The notes: generated by a model not told the origin, from the letters alone. A stretch of 64,000 bases of DNA from Spirochaetia bacterium (GCA_963675665.1 OY776510.1:2688001-2752000); one strand, 5' to 3'; shown: positions 47,481-57,032, counted from the first letter of the stretch. Translations and numbers: made by a program.

Positions 47481-47960
47481 TTATACCGTTCTGTTTATAT
47501 AGGATGAATAATCTTTCAATACAGGTTTATAATCCGACTTGAAAAGAGGCGATGAAATTATATAATCAGCTGTAGCCCGGTTGTTTGCTATAGGCACATT
47601 GTAAAGTACTGCTATCCTTGACAGGGCTTTTACATCTACATCGTGCGGTTGGGGCTGCATCGGGTCCCACAGGAAAATCATCATGTCGATTTTCCCCTCG
47701 GATATCAGCGCCCCAAGCTGCTGGTCTCCGCCGAGCGGTCCCGATTTCATCTTTTCAAGATGCAGATCCTTTTCCGTGTATTTATTTGTATCGCTGTGGC
47801 GAGCTATTTTTGCAAGGATTGCCTGCTCTATCATTCCGCCTGTAGTACCGGTACAGTAAAGTTTGTGGGGGATAAGGTTTTCCCAATTGTATTCAACCCA
47901 TTCAATGAGGTCTTTTTTTCTATTATCATGCGCAACCAGGGCAATTCTTTTCTGTTTCAT
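47481..47960 (-). CDS. mgsA: Methylglyoxal synthase
   Basis: 'IALVAHD', 'TGTTG', 'SGPLGGDQQ', 'QPHDVDVKAL'. Confidence 0.96.
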   Translation of the reverse strand: MKQKRIALVAHDNRKKDLIEWVEYNWENLIPHKLYCTGTTGGMIEQAILAKIARHSDTNKYTEKDLHLEKMKSGPLGGDQQLGALISEGKIDMMIFLWDPMQPQPHDVDVKALSRIAVLYNVPIANNRATADYIISSPLFKSDYKPVLKDYSSYINRTV

Positions 47961-48048
47961 GCTGTGATGATAATCTTTTTAGATATTTAGCTCAATATAA
48001 TGCTATTATTAATGTTATCATTATTCAGCTTTGCATAGGAGAGCATAT

Positions 48049-48459
48049 ATGAAATTGAACGAAAATCTTACAGGATTTCAACATCTTGGGATTCCTGTTT
48101 CCAACATCGAAAAATCCATCGAGTTTTATTCCACGATAGGTTTTAATGTTTTGAGCAGGTATGAGCTGCAGGAAAACGGCGGAACGACATTTGTCGCTTT
48201 TATCGATCTGAACGGGTTCTGTATTGAAATATTCCAGCCGGCCGGAGGCTTCGAGAAGGGAAGGGGAGAAACGGGTCCGATAGACCATCTTGCGCTGAAT
48301 GTTAACGATATAGATGAAGCATTTACCGCTGTAAAGGATATGGGATTTGCACCGATGAGCGACTCTCCGATTTTTTTGCCGCTTCAAAAAAACGGAGTGA
48401 AGTTTTTTATCATTCAGGGTCCTGACGGAGAGAAGGTGGAATTTAACCAGATGCTTTAA
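48049..48459 (+). CDS. VOC/glyoxalase family protein
   Basis: 'QHLGIPV', 'IDHLAL', 'GPDGEKVEF'; SD AGGAG. Confidence 0.88.
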   Translation: MKLNENLTGFQHLGIPVSNIEKSIEFYSTIGFNVLSRYELQENGGTTFVAFIDLNGFCIEIFQPAGGFEKGRGETGPIDHLALNVNDIDEAFTAVKDMGFAPMSDSPIFLPLQKNGVKFFIIQGPDGEKVEFNQML

Positions 48460-48488
48460 CAAATGGACATCAGATGTCCATTTGTTAA
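48456..48488. repeat. Perfect 16-bp inverted repeat with 1-nt spacer between convergent genes
   Basis: TTAACAAATGGACATC-A-GATGTCCATTTGTTAA. Confidence 0.9.
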
Positions 48489-48516
48489 TAAAAGAAGCTG
48501 TTAAAAATTTCAGGCT

Positions 48517-49230
48517 TTATTCAATCTCAAATTTGACTGTAACTTGGGCATCGATTATTTTTTCGCCGGGAGCGGTAATCAGACTGTTGGATGTTTTCAG
48601 ACCGCCGAAGCCTTCGGAATACATCGGCATGCCTCCGTACCATGGAGTCTCCTCAATACTGATAATTCTTCCCAAAGACACGCCCGCCATTTCTGCAGTC
48701 TCAAGAGCAAGGGTTTTTGCATCTTCAACAGCAAGTTTTCGGGCATCCTTTCTTAACGGATCCGGTTCGCTGACAGCATATTCAAGTCCGTAAAACTGGT
48801 TTGCCCCGGCATCAAGTGCGTCCTGAATAAAGTTCCCGATTTTTTCAATGTCCCTGAGCGTGATGAAAATGTTATTATTAACATTATAAACTCCGTTTTC
48901 AGGCGACTGCTCGGGGTTATAAGGCTGCTGATAATAAACTGAAAAATTTGATGTACTGAAATCGGCAGCATCTATTTCGTATTTTTCTATCACTTCAATA
49001 ATAAGATTAATGCGGGAATTGTTGTCTTCAATTGCCGCACTCAGGTTTGAATTCATGCTTTGAACCCCAAGATTCAGTCTAACTATATCCGGTGCGGCTG
49101 AAACAGAACCTTCGCCCCTGACTGTTATTGATCGCTGCGGGATCTCTATTTCACCTTCAGCTGCTGCGGACTGAACTGCAAAAAAAAAGGATGAAATTAT
49201 TAACAGGAAGACAATAGTCTTTTTATTCAT
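48517..49230 (-). CDS. SIMPL (DUF541) domain protein
   Basis: 'ITVRGEGSVSAAPD', 'AVEDAK..A...AEMAGVSLG.I.SIEE'; signal peptide. Confidence 0.9.
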   Translation of the reverse strand: MNKKTIVFLLIISSFFFAVQSAAAEGEIEIPQRSITVRGEGSVSAAPDIVRLNLGVQSMNSNLSAAIEDNNSRINLIIEVIEKYEIDAADFSTSNFSVYYQQPYNPEQSPENGVYNVNNNIFITLRDIEKIGNFIQDALDAGANQFYGLEYAVSEPDPLRKDARKLAVEDAKTLALETAEMAGVSLGRIISIEETPWYGGMPMYSEGFGGLKTSNSLITAPGEKIIDAQVTVKFEIE

Positions 49231-49331
49231 TTTTTTCCTCCGGAAACAAGTATATTCCGTATAAACAGGAAATTCCAGAAAGAACGGTTTTTGAGTGAAC
49301 AGTTTTTAAGGCGACATGCTGCTGTGGTTCT

Positions 49332-49502
49332 GCAAATGCTTTACAGCAAATGCTTTTAAGCATAATTGACTTAAGCCCATCAATCCTGTAGGATATGGAC
49401 ACCTTCTAAAATTGATTTTAAATAACAAAATCAATAATGCACTTCCGAACATAAAGAAGCTTTTAGAAACAACATCCCTGGACCTGTAAAACGTTCAGAA
49501 GG
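49332..49502 (+). promoter_or_regulatory. DEAD-box helicase promoter and structured 5' UTR
   Basis: GCAAATGCTTT direct repeat; TTGACT-N17-TAGGAT (49366-49394); stems in the leader. Confidence 0.6.
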
Positions 49503-51206
49503 ATGAATAAGGAATATATATTGAAATTTACAGAACTTAATCTGGACTCCCGGGTACAAAAGGCTATCGAAGAGCTTGGCTTCGAGTATCCTACGCCAAT
49601 ACAGGAAAAAGTAATTCCCAGGATTATTGAAAATACCGGAGATATTATCGGATTGGCTCAAACCGGAACCGGGAAAACTGCAGCATTCAGTTTACCGGTG
49701 CTGGAAAAAATTGAGACGGAAACCCGTGGGGTTCAGGCTCTTGTTCTCTGCCCGACAAGGGAGCTTTGCCTGCAGATAGCGCGCGATGTTGAGAGTTATA
49801 CAAAGTACATTCGTGGATTCCGGGTTGCAACTGTTTACGGCGGTGCAGCTTACGGTCCCCAGATTAAGGACCTGAAAGCAGGCGCCCAGTTTGTGATTGC
49901 CACCCCCGGCCGTCTTGCTGATCTTATAAATAAGGACCATGTTGATTTTTCCGCGCTGAAATATCTTGTTCTTGATGAAGCTGACATTATGTTGAATATG
50001 GGATTCAAGGATGAGCTCGATGCCATTGTTGAGGCCCTGCCGTTTAATCGCATAAGCCTTCTGTTTTCAGCGACCATGCCGCATGAAGTGGATGAAATTG
50101 CACGCAGATACATGCATGATGCGGAGGAAGTGTCGGTAGGAAAAAAGAACGCCGGAGCTGAAACGGTTACACATTTATATTATACGGTCCATGCAAGGGA
50201 AAAATTCCAGGCGTTGAAGCGGCTTGTTGACTATTACCCGGGAATATACGGGATTGTCTTCTGTAAAACCCGGGCATCAGCACGTGATATTGCTGAAAAG
50301 ATGATCAAGGAAGGCTACAGCGCCGATGCGCTTCACGGCGATTTATCACAGGAGCAGCGTGAGTATATTATGGGTAAATTCCGCGAACGCGGATTGCAAC
50401 TGCTGATTGCTACAGATGTTGCTGCCCGCGGACTTGACGTAAAAGACCTCACGCATGTAATTAACTATGATCTTCCCGATGAAATTGAAATTTATAATCA
50501 CCGCAGCGGACGGACCGGCAGAGCGGGCAGCACGGGGATCTCGCTTGCCATAATAAACATGAAAGAGCGCGGTAGAATCAGAAGAATAGAGCAAAACCTG
50601 GGCCGCAAAATTACAGAATCACAGGTGCCTGGCAAACAGGAGATTTGTGAGGCGCAGCTTCTGGCGCTGATAGAAAAAGTTCAGAATGTTAATGTAGACG
50701 AAAAACTGATTGCCCCTTATATGGATGTAATTGAGCAGAAGCTTGCCGGTTTTACCGGCGAAGAACTTGTAAAGAAGTTTGTATCGCTTGAATTCAACCG
50801 GTTTCTGGATTTTTATAAAAACCTTGAAGATATGAAACCTGTAAAACGCGGCTCCGAGCTGAGCCGTGATGCCAACAGGAAATATTCAAGAGAAAGGCGA
50901 GACGACCGCGGATATAAAGGCCATCGGGGTTCAGACGGAAATCCCCGCGGACGCAGGAAAGACAGTCGAGGGGCCGACGGAGATTATCAGTGGTTGAAGA
51001 TAAACCTTGGAAAACGCGATGGAATATCCGCCCCGGAGCTTATGAAAATTATTAATCAGAACACACGTGGGAAATCGGTTGATCTCGGCCGTATTGATAT
51101 TCAGCCGTCGAGCACACGCTTCCAGGTAGAAAAAGGGGCGGCGGAATTCCTTTCATCGGTATTACGCAGGAAGGTCTACAACGGCCGCCGGCTAAGAATA
51201 GACTAG
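49503..51206 (+). CDS. DEAD-box RNA helicase (DeaD/CshA-like)
   Basis: Q motif 'PTPIQ', 'AQTGTGKT', 'PTREL', 'DEAD', 'SAT', 'HRSGRTGRAG'; DbpA-like C-terminus. Confidence 0.95.
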   Translation: MNKEYILKFTELNLDSRVQKAIEELGFEYPTPIQEKVIPRIIENTGDIIGLAQTGTGKTAAFSLPVLEKIETETRGVQALVLCPTRELCLQIARDVESYTKYIRGFRVATVYGGAAYGPQIKDLKAGAQFVIATPGRLADLINKDHVDFSALKYLVLDEADIMLNMGFKDELDAIVEALPFNRISLLFSATMPHEVDEIARRYMHDAEEVSVGKKNAGAETVTHLYYTVHAREKFQALKRLVDYYPGIYGIVFCKTRASARDIAEKMIKEGYSADALHGDLSQEQREYIMGKFRERGLQLLIATDVAARGLDVKDLTHVINYDLPDEIEIYNHRSGRTGRAGSTGISLAIINMKERGRIRRIEQNLGRKITESQVPGKQEICEAQLLALIEKVQNVNVDEKLIAPYMDVIEQKLAGFTGEELVKKFVSLEFNRFLDFYKNLEDMKPVKRGSELSRDANRKYSRERRDDRGYKGHRGSDGNPRGRRKDSRGADGDYQWLKINLGKRDGISAPELMKIINQNTRGKSVDLGRIDIQPSSTRFQVEKGAAEFLSSVLRRKVYNGRRLRID

Positions 51207-51211
51207 GACAT

Positions 51212-51254
51212 AAAAAAGCCCCGGCAATTTCCAAGTTGGGAAACGACCGGAGCC
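51212..51254 (-). terminator. Terminator of hflKC
   Basis: Minus GGCTCCGG..TTTCC..GGAAA..CCGGGGC then T-run. Confidence 0.7.
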
Positions 51255-51299
51255 TCCATATATTAAACATCCGGAAGGGTATTCCGGATATATTCGAAC

Positions 51300-52280
51300 C
51301 TACCGCCCTGTCTGTTCGTACAGATAATTGAAGTACTCCATATCTGTAGTGAGCGTTTTACTGAATTTTGGAAGTACAGTCCTGTACGATTCAATAGACC
51401 TCCAGAACTCAAAAAATTCAGGATCGGCTTTATACGATTCGGAATAAATCCTTGTTGCCTCGGCATCTGCTGTACCCTTGATGCTTTCTGATTTCTCATA
51501 CGCTTCTGAAAGAATTGAACGCTTATTATTATCAAGCTTGCCAAGCCATTCTGCTTTCTGTCCTTCACCAAAGGAACGGAATGCCTGCGCAACCTGATTT
51601 CTTTCTTTGATCATTCTGTTATAAACAGACTGGGTTAAATCGTCCGAATATCGAATCTGCCTGATGATTATATCCTTTAATTCAATTCCGAACTGCGGCA
51701 CTATGATTTTAGCGCTTGTATACATTTCATCTGAAAGTTTTTCACGTCCCTTTTCAATGCTTTCAAGTTGAGTTTCGGTTACCGTCAGGTTTCTGAGCGC
51801 CTTTGAGCTTTCCTCATCCTCTATCTGAATATTTTCCTCAATTACATTTTCATTTATATAATTTGAGTTTCGTACAGCTTCACGCAGAAGGTTTCCGGCA
51901 ATTACCGTTCTGACGGATGAGTCTATAACATCATCCATTCTGGCATAGGCCTGCTCAAGGGTTGTGACGGACTCATAAAATTTAACAGGGTCTGTGATCA
52001 GCCATCTTGCAGTTGCATCAACCCAGATAAACTGGTTTTCGGCAGTCGGTATTCTCTGGGCATCACCATCCCATGACAGCATTTTTTTTGGGTATTTTAC
52101 AACATTGTCCACAAAGGGCATTTTAAATTTCAATCCGGCTTCAACATTTGAGTCGATTATAGCTCCGAACCGGGTGACTACGGCCTGTTCACCTTCATTC
52201 AGTACATAAAAAGGACCGGCCGCGAAAACAATGATTAAGATTACAGCAATTATTACGATGTTACGCACTAACTTGTTCAT
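51300..52280 (-). CDS. hflC: FtsH protease modulator HflC
   Basis: SPFH domain; 'VYNRMIKER', 'DPEFFEFWRS'. Confidence 0.92.
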   Translation of the reverse strand: MNKLVRNIVIIAVILIIVFAAGPFYVLNEGEQAVVTRFGAIIDSNVEAGLKFKMPFVDNVVKYPKKMLSWDGDAQRIPTAENQFIWVDATARWLITDPVKFYESVTTLEQAYARMDDVIDSSVRTVIAGNLLREAVRNSNYINENVIEENIQIEDEESSKALRNLTVTETQLESIEKGREKLSDEMYTSAKIIVPQFGIELKDIIIRQIRYSDDLTQSVYNRMIKERNQVAQAFRSFGEGQKAEWLGKLDNNKRSILSEAYEKSESIKGTADAEATRIYSESYKADPEFFEFWRSIESYRTVLPKFSKTLTTDMEYFNYLYEQTGR

Positions 52281-53251
52281 TGGACACCTCCCTGAAGCGA
52301 TTTAAGCGGAAGGAAGTTGTCAAGGTTTTTATCAATAATATCAGTGCCTTCATCATTTCCGAAAACATCTTCAATCATTTCTATATAAAGCCTTGAACGT
52401 GTAACGTCTTTGCTTTTCTGATATTCGGCAAGAACGGAATTGAATCTTGCAACATTTCCTTTTGCCTCGTTTACACGCTCTGTAGCATAACCCTCTGCAA
52501 CCTGTATCATCTGGGCTGCCTGGCCCTGTGCAAGAGGTATTTCGTTATTGTATGCTTCTTTTCCCTCGTTGATGAACTTTTCCATATCCTGAATAGCCAT
52601 GTTAACGTCTTCGTATGCGTCCTGAACTTCTCCCATCGGCGGGACGATATTTTTAAGCTGAACGGTGGTTACAGTAATTCCGAGATCATAATTATTGAAG
52701 ATCGAGTTCATCTCTTCCTGCGCCTGCAGTGATATTGTGGTACGTTCAGAGCCCATAACGTTCAGAATGGCGCGGTCTCCGACAAGCATGTTTATAACCG
52801 ACTGGGATATGTCCCGAATAGTCTTGGTCCTGTTTTCCACTTTGAAGAGCCATTTGTATGGATCAACAATTCTGTACTGAATGACCCATTCGACATCAAC
52901 AATATTAAGATCCCCGGTAAGCATTATCGATTCTTCCGGATAATCCGACTTGTCATAGATAGTTGATACGCCCGCCTGCTGGGTTCTGAATCCGAAAGGC
53001 ATTGTTTGTACTACTTGAGTTGGAACATTGAAATTCTTTTCTATTCCGAACGGCATTTTTCCGTGCAGTCCGGGGCCTGTGATACGGTTGTATCGGCCAA
53101 AGAGCAGAATTACAGACTGTTCCGTCTGATCGACCATATAAAAACTGGTCAGAATTCCGGCAAGCACAATAACTACAATAAGTACGATTGCAATCATTTT
53201 CGGTTTGACTCTGAAACTGCGCTTGTCAGGTCCGACGTTTCTTTCTGACAT
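52277..53251 (-). CDS. hflK: FtsH protease modulator HflK
   Basis: 'MLTGDLNIVDV', 'RLYIE'; upstream of hflC. Confidence 0.92.
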   Translation of the reverse strand: MSERNVGPDKRSFRVKPKMIAIVLIVVIVLAGILTSFYMVDQTEQSVILLFGRYNRITGPGLHGKMPFGIEKNFNVPTQVVQTMPFGFRTQQAGVSTIYDKSDYPEESIMLTGDLNIVDVEWVIQYRIVDPYKWLFKVENRTKTIRDISQSVINMLVGDRAILNVMGSERTTISLQAQEEMNSIFNNYDLGITVTTVQLKNIVPPMGEVQDAYEDVNMAIQDMEKFINEGKEAYNNEIPLAQGQAAQMIQVAEGYATERVNEAKGNVARFNSVLAEYQKSKDVTRSRLYIEMIEDVFGNDEGTDIIDKNLDNFLPLKSLQGGVQ

Positions 53252-53428
53252 ATTTCCTCCTGTTTAATTGAAGCATTTTGATTTAGCTCCTTATTTAGAG
53301 GTTACTCATGAACAGAAGCCTAGTCAAGGAAAAAAAGGGCCGTCGGAGACAATGCGGTAATAAAATTGTCTCAATAAAATGAATGTGTTCCGTGAATAAA
53401 ACATAAAATCTGATCGTGTGGTCTCTCG

Positions 53429-53457
53429 TTGACTCACCTTTGTGAAAAAGCTAAAAT
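53429..53457 (+). promoter_or_regulatory. metG promoter (leaderless geometry)
   Basis: TTGACT-N17-TAAAAT, 6 nt before the ATG, no SD. Confidence 0.65.
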
Positions 53458-53463
53458 GCGTCC

Positions 53464-55677
53464 ATGAAGAAGAGACTTGTTACCTCGGCACTGCCATATG
53501 TTAATAATATTCCTCACTTGGGGAACCTGATTCAGGTTCTTTCAGCCGATGTTTTTGCGCGGTTCTGCCGCCTCCGCGGTTATGAAACGTTATATGTCTG
53601 CGGCACCGACGAATACGGAACAGCAACCGAAACAAAAGCGCTTGAAGAAGGTGTCAGTCCCCGTGAGCTTTGTGATCATTATCATGCAATACATACTGAA
53701 ATTTATGAGTGGTTCAATATTGCTTTTGATAAATGGGGCAGAACCTCAACGCCCGAGCAAACCGAGGTTACGCAGCATATATTTACAAAACTTGATGAAG
53801 CCGGCTATATCAAGGAAAAAACCGATACCCAGCTGTTTTGCGACAGCTGCGACCGGTTTCTTGCAGACCGGTATGTTCTCGGTACATGCCCGCACTGCGG
53901 ATATGAAGAAGCCCGCGGTGATCAGTGTGAGAATTGCGGAAAACTGCTTGATCCGGCGGAGCTTGAAAAGCCCAGGTGCGGTACATGCGGCAATACACCG
54001 CATGAAAGGGACACTAATCATCTTTATATTGATCTTCCGGGCATTCTTCCGCTTCTTGAGAAATGGATGAAGGAAACCTCGGTGCGCGGCCGCTGGGCAA
54101 ACAATGCAATTCAGATGACAAAGAGCTGGATCCGCGACGGTCTTCATGAACGTTGCATTACCCGCGATTTAAAGTGGGGAATACCCGTTCCCAGGGACGG
54201 TTACCGGGATAAGGTTTTTTATGTCTGGTTTGATGCGCCGATCGGATATATTTCAATAACCGCGACCCATACCGAAAAATGGAAAGACTGGTGGATGAAT
54301 CCTGATGAGGTAGATTTGTTTCAATTCATCGGCAAGGACAATATTCCGTTTCACACGGTTATTTTTCCGTCGTCGCTTTTGGGGTCGGGAGAAAACTGGA
54401 CCAAGCTTTATCACATGTCGTCGTCGGAATACCTTAACTATGAAGACGGTAAATTCTCGAAAAGCAAGGGAGTAGGTGTGTTCGGCACCGATGCCCGTGA
54501 TACCGGAATTCCTGCTGACGTATGGCGGTTCTACATTTATTACAACCGGCCTGAAAAGGCTGATGTTCAATTTACCTGGAAGGATTTTCAGGAAAAAGTC
54601 AATTCCGAGTTGATCGGCAACCTGGGTAACCTTGTTAACCGAACTCTTACTTTTTTAAAGAAACAGTTCGATGGAAAGGTTCCGGCTGCTGCAGAAGAAA
54701 GTCAGTTTACAAAAGATGCGAAGGCAAAAATTTCCGAAATAACCGAGCATCTGGAATGGGCTGAACTTCGCGACGGAATAAGAAAGACCTTTGAGCTCGC
54801 GGATATGGGAAACAAGGCCTTTCAGGCGGGCGAGCCCTGGAAAATAATAAAAGAGGACAGGGACGCAGCCGGTGTTCTCCTGCATGAGCTTGTTTACCTG
54901 GTTCGGGATCTGGGAATCCTGATTTCTCCGTATCTTCCGGCAACCTCAGAGAAAATAGCCGGTTTCCTTGGTAATCCGGAGATGAACTGGGCAAGTCTGG
55001 GCCGACGGGACGACCTTGTCGAAATCGGAAAACCGAGTCTGCTTTTTAAAAAACTTGAAGATGATGAGATTGATGCGTTCAGATTGAAATTTGCCGGCAG
55101 CCAGAAAGAAAGGGAAGCCGAAGAGAAAAAAGCGGCGGATAAGGCGGCGCAGGACGCCAGTGAAGAATTGACTCCCGAACAGTTGTTCCGCAGTCGCATA
55201 GATTTGCGGGTTGCAAAGATTGTGGAAGTTGAGCGTCACCCTGAAGCCGATAAACTTTTTATTATACAGCTTGACGACGGTACTGATGAACCGCGACAAA
55301 TTGTGTCCAGCATTGTGCCTTACTATAAAGAAGAGGAACTTCAGGATCGCAACCTGATTGTTGTTTCAAATTTGAAGCCGGCCAAATTCAGGGGAACAAA
55401 GAGTTTCGGAATGCTTCTTGCCGCGGAAGGACCGACTGCCGACGGCAGCGAAACCTGCGAAGTTATTTTTGCCGACGATCTTGCTCCGGGAACGCGCATT
55501 CATCTTGAAGGCGACGACCCGGCTGATCTGCCGGATTGTCCCGGGATAAAAGCCGACAAATTCTTTGCCGTCCCAATGAAAACGGAAGACGGCAGGGTCA
55601 AGGTCGGTAATACCCCGATAGGTGCGGGCAACACCAGGCTTATGACCGGAACAGTTCTTAACGCCGAGGTCGGCTGA
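53464..55677 (+). CDS. metG: Methionine--tRNA ligase with C-terminal tRNA-binding domain
   Basis: 'ALPYVN..HLGN', Zn-knuckle cysteines, 'YVWFDA', 'KFSKS', OB-fold 'DLRVAKI'. Confidence 0.96.
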   Translation: MKKRLVTSALPYVNNIPHLGNLIQVLSADVFARFCRLRGYETLYVCGTDEYGTATETKALEEGVSPRELCDHYHAIHTEIYEWFNIAFDKWGRTSTPEQTEVTQHIFTKLDEAGYIKEKTDTQLFCDSCDRFLADRYVLGTCPHCGYEEARGDQCENCGKLLDPAELEKPRCGTCGNTPHERDTNHLYIDLPGILPLLEKWMKETSVRGRWANNAIQMTKSWIRDGLHERCITRDLKWGIPVPRDGYRDKVFYVWFDAPIGYISITATHTEKWKDWWMNPDEVDLFQFIGKDNIPFHTVIFPSSLLGSGENWTKLYHMSSSEYLNYEDGKFSKSKGVGVFGTDARDTGIPADVWRFYIYYNRPEKADVQFTWKDFQEKVNSELIGNLGNLVNRTLTFLKKQFDGKVPAAAEESQFTKDAKAKISEITEHLEWAELRDGIRKTFELADMGNKAFQAGEPWKIIKEDRDAAGVLLHELVYLVRDLGILISPYLPATSEKIAGFLGNPEMNWASLGRRDDLVEIGKPSLLFKKLEDDEIDAFRLKFAGSQKEREAEEKKAADKAAQDASEELTPEQLFRSRIDLRVAKIVEVERHPEADKLFIIQLDDGTDEPRQIVSSIVPYYKEEELQDRNLIVVSNLKPAKFRGTKSFGMLLAAEGPTADGSETCEVIFADDLAPGTRIHLEGDDPADLPDCPGIKADKFFAVPMKTEDGRVKVGNTPIGAGNTRLMTGTVLNAEVG

Positions 55678-55684
55678 TACCGAT

Positions 55685-56833
55685 ATGACAAAGATCTCCC
55701 TCGACCGGATTGAGCTGCAGGAAATCGGGCTGCATGATAATATGCTTCAATCCGCTTTCTGGGGGAAGCTTAAATCGGAATTCGGCTGGAACGCTCTGGC
55801 GTTCAGGCACGGCTGTGAAACAGCTGAATCAGCAGGTTCGTGTTATCTTCTTGTGCTTGTCCGCGAACTGGCAGCAGGGCTATCGCTGGCGTATATTCCT
55901 CACGGCCCCATGACAGGTCGGTTCGACGGGACAGCAGATATAAAGGAGCAATGGGATTTTGCTGCTGAACTTGCGGTTTTGTTGCGTCCGCATCTGCCTG
56001 GCGGCTGTATGTTTGTCCGTTTTGATCCGCCGTGGGGAGTCCTTGGTGATTCTTCCGGGGGAACCCCCGCAGACTATCCCGCCGAGAAATTGTCGCCCCG
56101 GAATATATCAAACCCTGCAGCTAAATCTTTCCGCAAAGCCGCCATGGATATCCAGCCGCCGAGTACAGTTATTCTTGATTTAAGTAAAACCGAAGAAGAA
56201 CTTCTTGCCGGCATGAAATCAAAAACACGTTATAACATACGTCTCGCTGCAAAAAAAGGCGTAACGGTTAAAATCACCGGAATTGAAGACTTGCCTGAAT
56301 GGTACGATCTTTACCGGATTACTGCCGAGCGGGATAAAATTGCTCTGCACAGCTACGATTATTATGAAAGAATATTCAATCTCGCTGCCGAACAGTCCGA
56401 AGCTGAATCGGGAGATGAAATAAAGAAAACTCCGGCATTACAGTTACTACAGGCTGTTATAGACGGTACGGCTGAAGCCGGTATTATTACTTCCAGGCAG
56501 GGAGCACGGGGGGCTGATTGCCGCGCAATATATCTGTATGGAGCGTCGTCAAACAACAAGCGTAACCATATGCCGTCGTATGCTCTGCAATGGGAAGCGA
56601 TTAAACAGGCCTCAGCCGCCGGCTGTACAAGTTATGATTTTTTCGGCATACCGCCTGTTGATAACCCGGAACACCCGATGTATGGACTCTACCGTTTCAA
56701 AACAGGTTTCGGTGGGAACATCCTTCACAGACCCGGTTGCTGGGATTTTCCCTATCATAAAGCTGCCTATGCTGCCTACAGTGCCGCTGAAAAGCTGCGG
56801 TACTATTATTATAAGAAACTTCGCAAGAAGTGA
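55685..56833 (+). CDS. FemABX-family peptidoglycan peptidyl transferase
   Basis: 'LQSAFWG.LK', 'KTRYNIRLA.KKG', 'YLYGAS', 'YDFFG', 'GLYRFKTGFGG'. Confidence 0.9.
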   Translation: MTKISLDRIELQEIGLHDNMLQSAFWGKLKSEFGWNALAFRHGCETAESAGSCYLLVLVRELAAGLSLAYIPHGPMTGRFDGTADIKEQWDFAAELAVLLRPHLPGGCMFVRFDPPWGVLGDSSGGTPADYPAEKLSPRNISNPAAKSFRKAAMDIQPPSTVILDLSKTEEELLAGMKSKTRYNIRLAAKKGVTVKITGIEDLPEWYDLYRITAERDKIALHSYDYYERIFNLAAEQSEAESGDEIKKTPALQLLQAVIDGTAEAGIITSRQGARGADCRAIYLYGASSNNKRNHMPSYALQWEAIKQASAAGCTSYDFFGIPPVDNPEHPMYGLYRFKTGFGGNILHRPGCWDFPYHKAAYAAYSAAEKLRYYYYKKLRKK

Positions 56834-56914
56834 TCTTCCCGCCGATAAAAACCTTCAATATACCTGTCAGCCGTCTTTACAAAGCTGTATAAATATTTCA
56901 TAAGTTTAAGTTAT

Positions 56915-56998
56915 ATGATGAAACGCACAATAATTTTATTTCCGGCGGGCTTTGAAAAGCCGCAAAAGAAACTTGATATGGATCATAACAAAAGGTAA
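56915..56998 (+). CDS. 27-aa upstream ORF duplicating the MFS N-terminus
   Basis: MMKRTIILFPAGFEKPQKKLDMDHNKR*; its TAA abuts the MFS ATG. Confidence 0.4.
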   Translation: MMKRTIILFPAGFEKPQKKLDMDHNKR

Positions 56999-57032
56999 AT
57001 GATGAAACGCACAATAATCTTATTTCCAGCGG
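56915..57032 (+). repeat. 34-bp direct repeat (32/34 identical, 84-bp period)
   Basis: 56915-56948 vs 56999-57032. Confidence 0.92.

Noticed and set aside
56841-56848. GCCGATAA, a perfect sigma28 -10 upstream of the MFS uORF
   Set aside because: No TAAA -35 at the expected spacing
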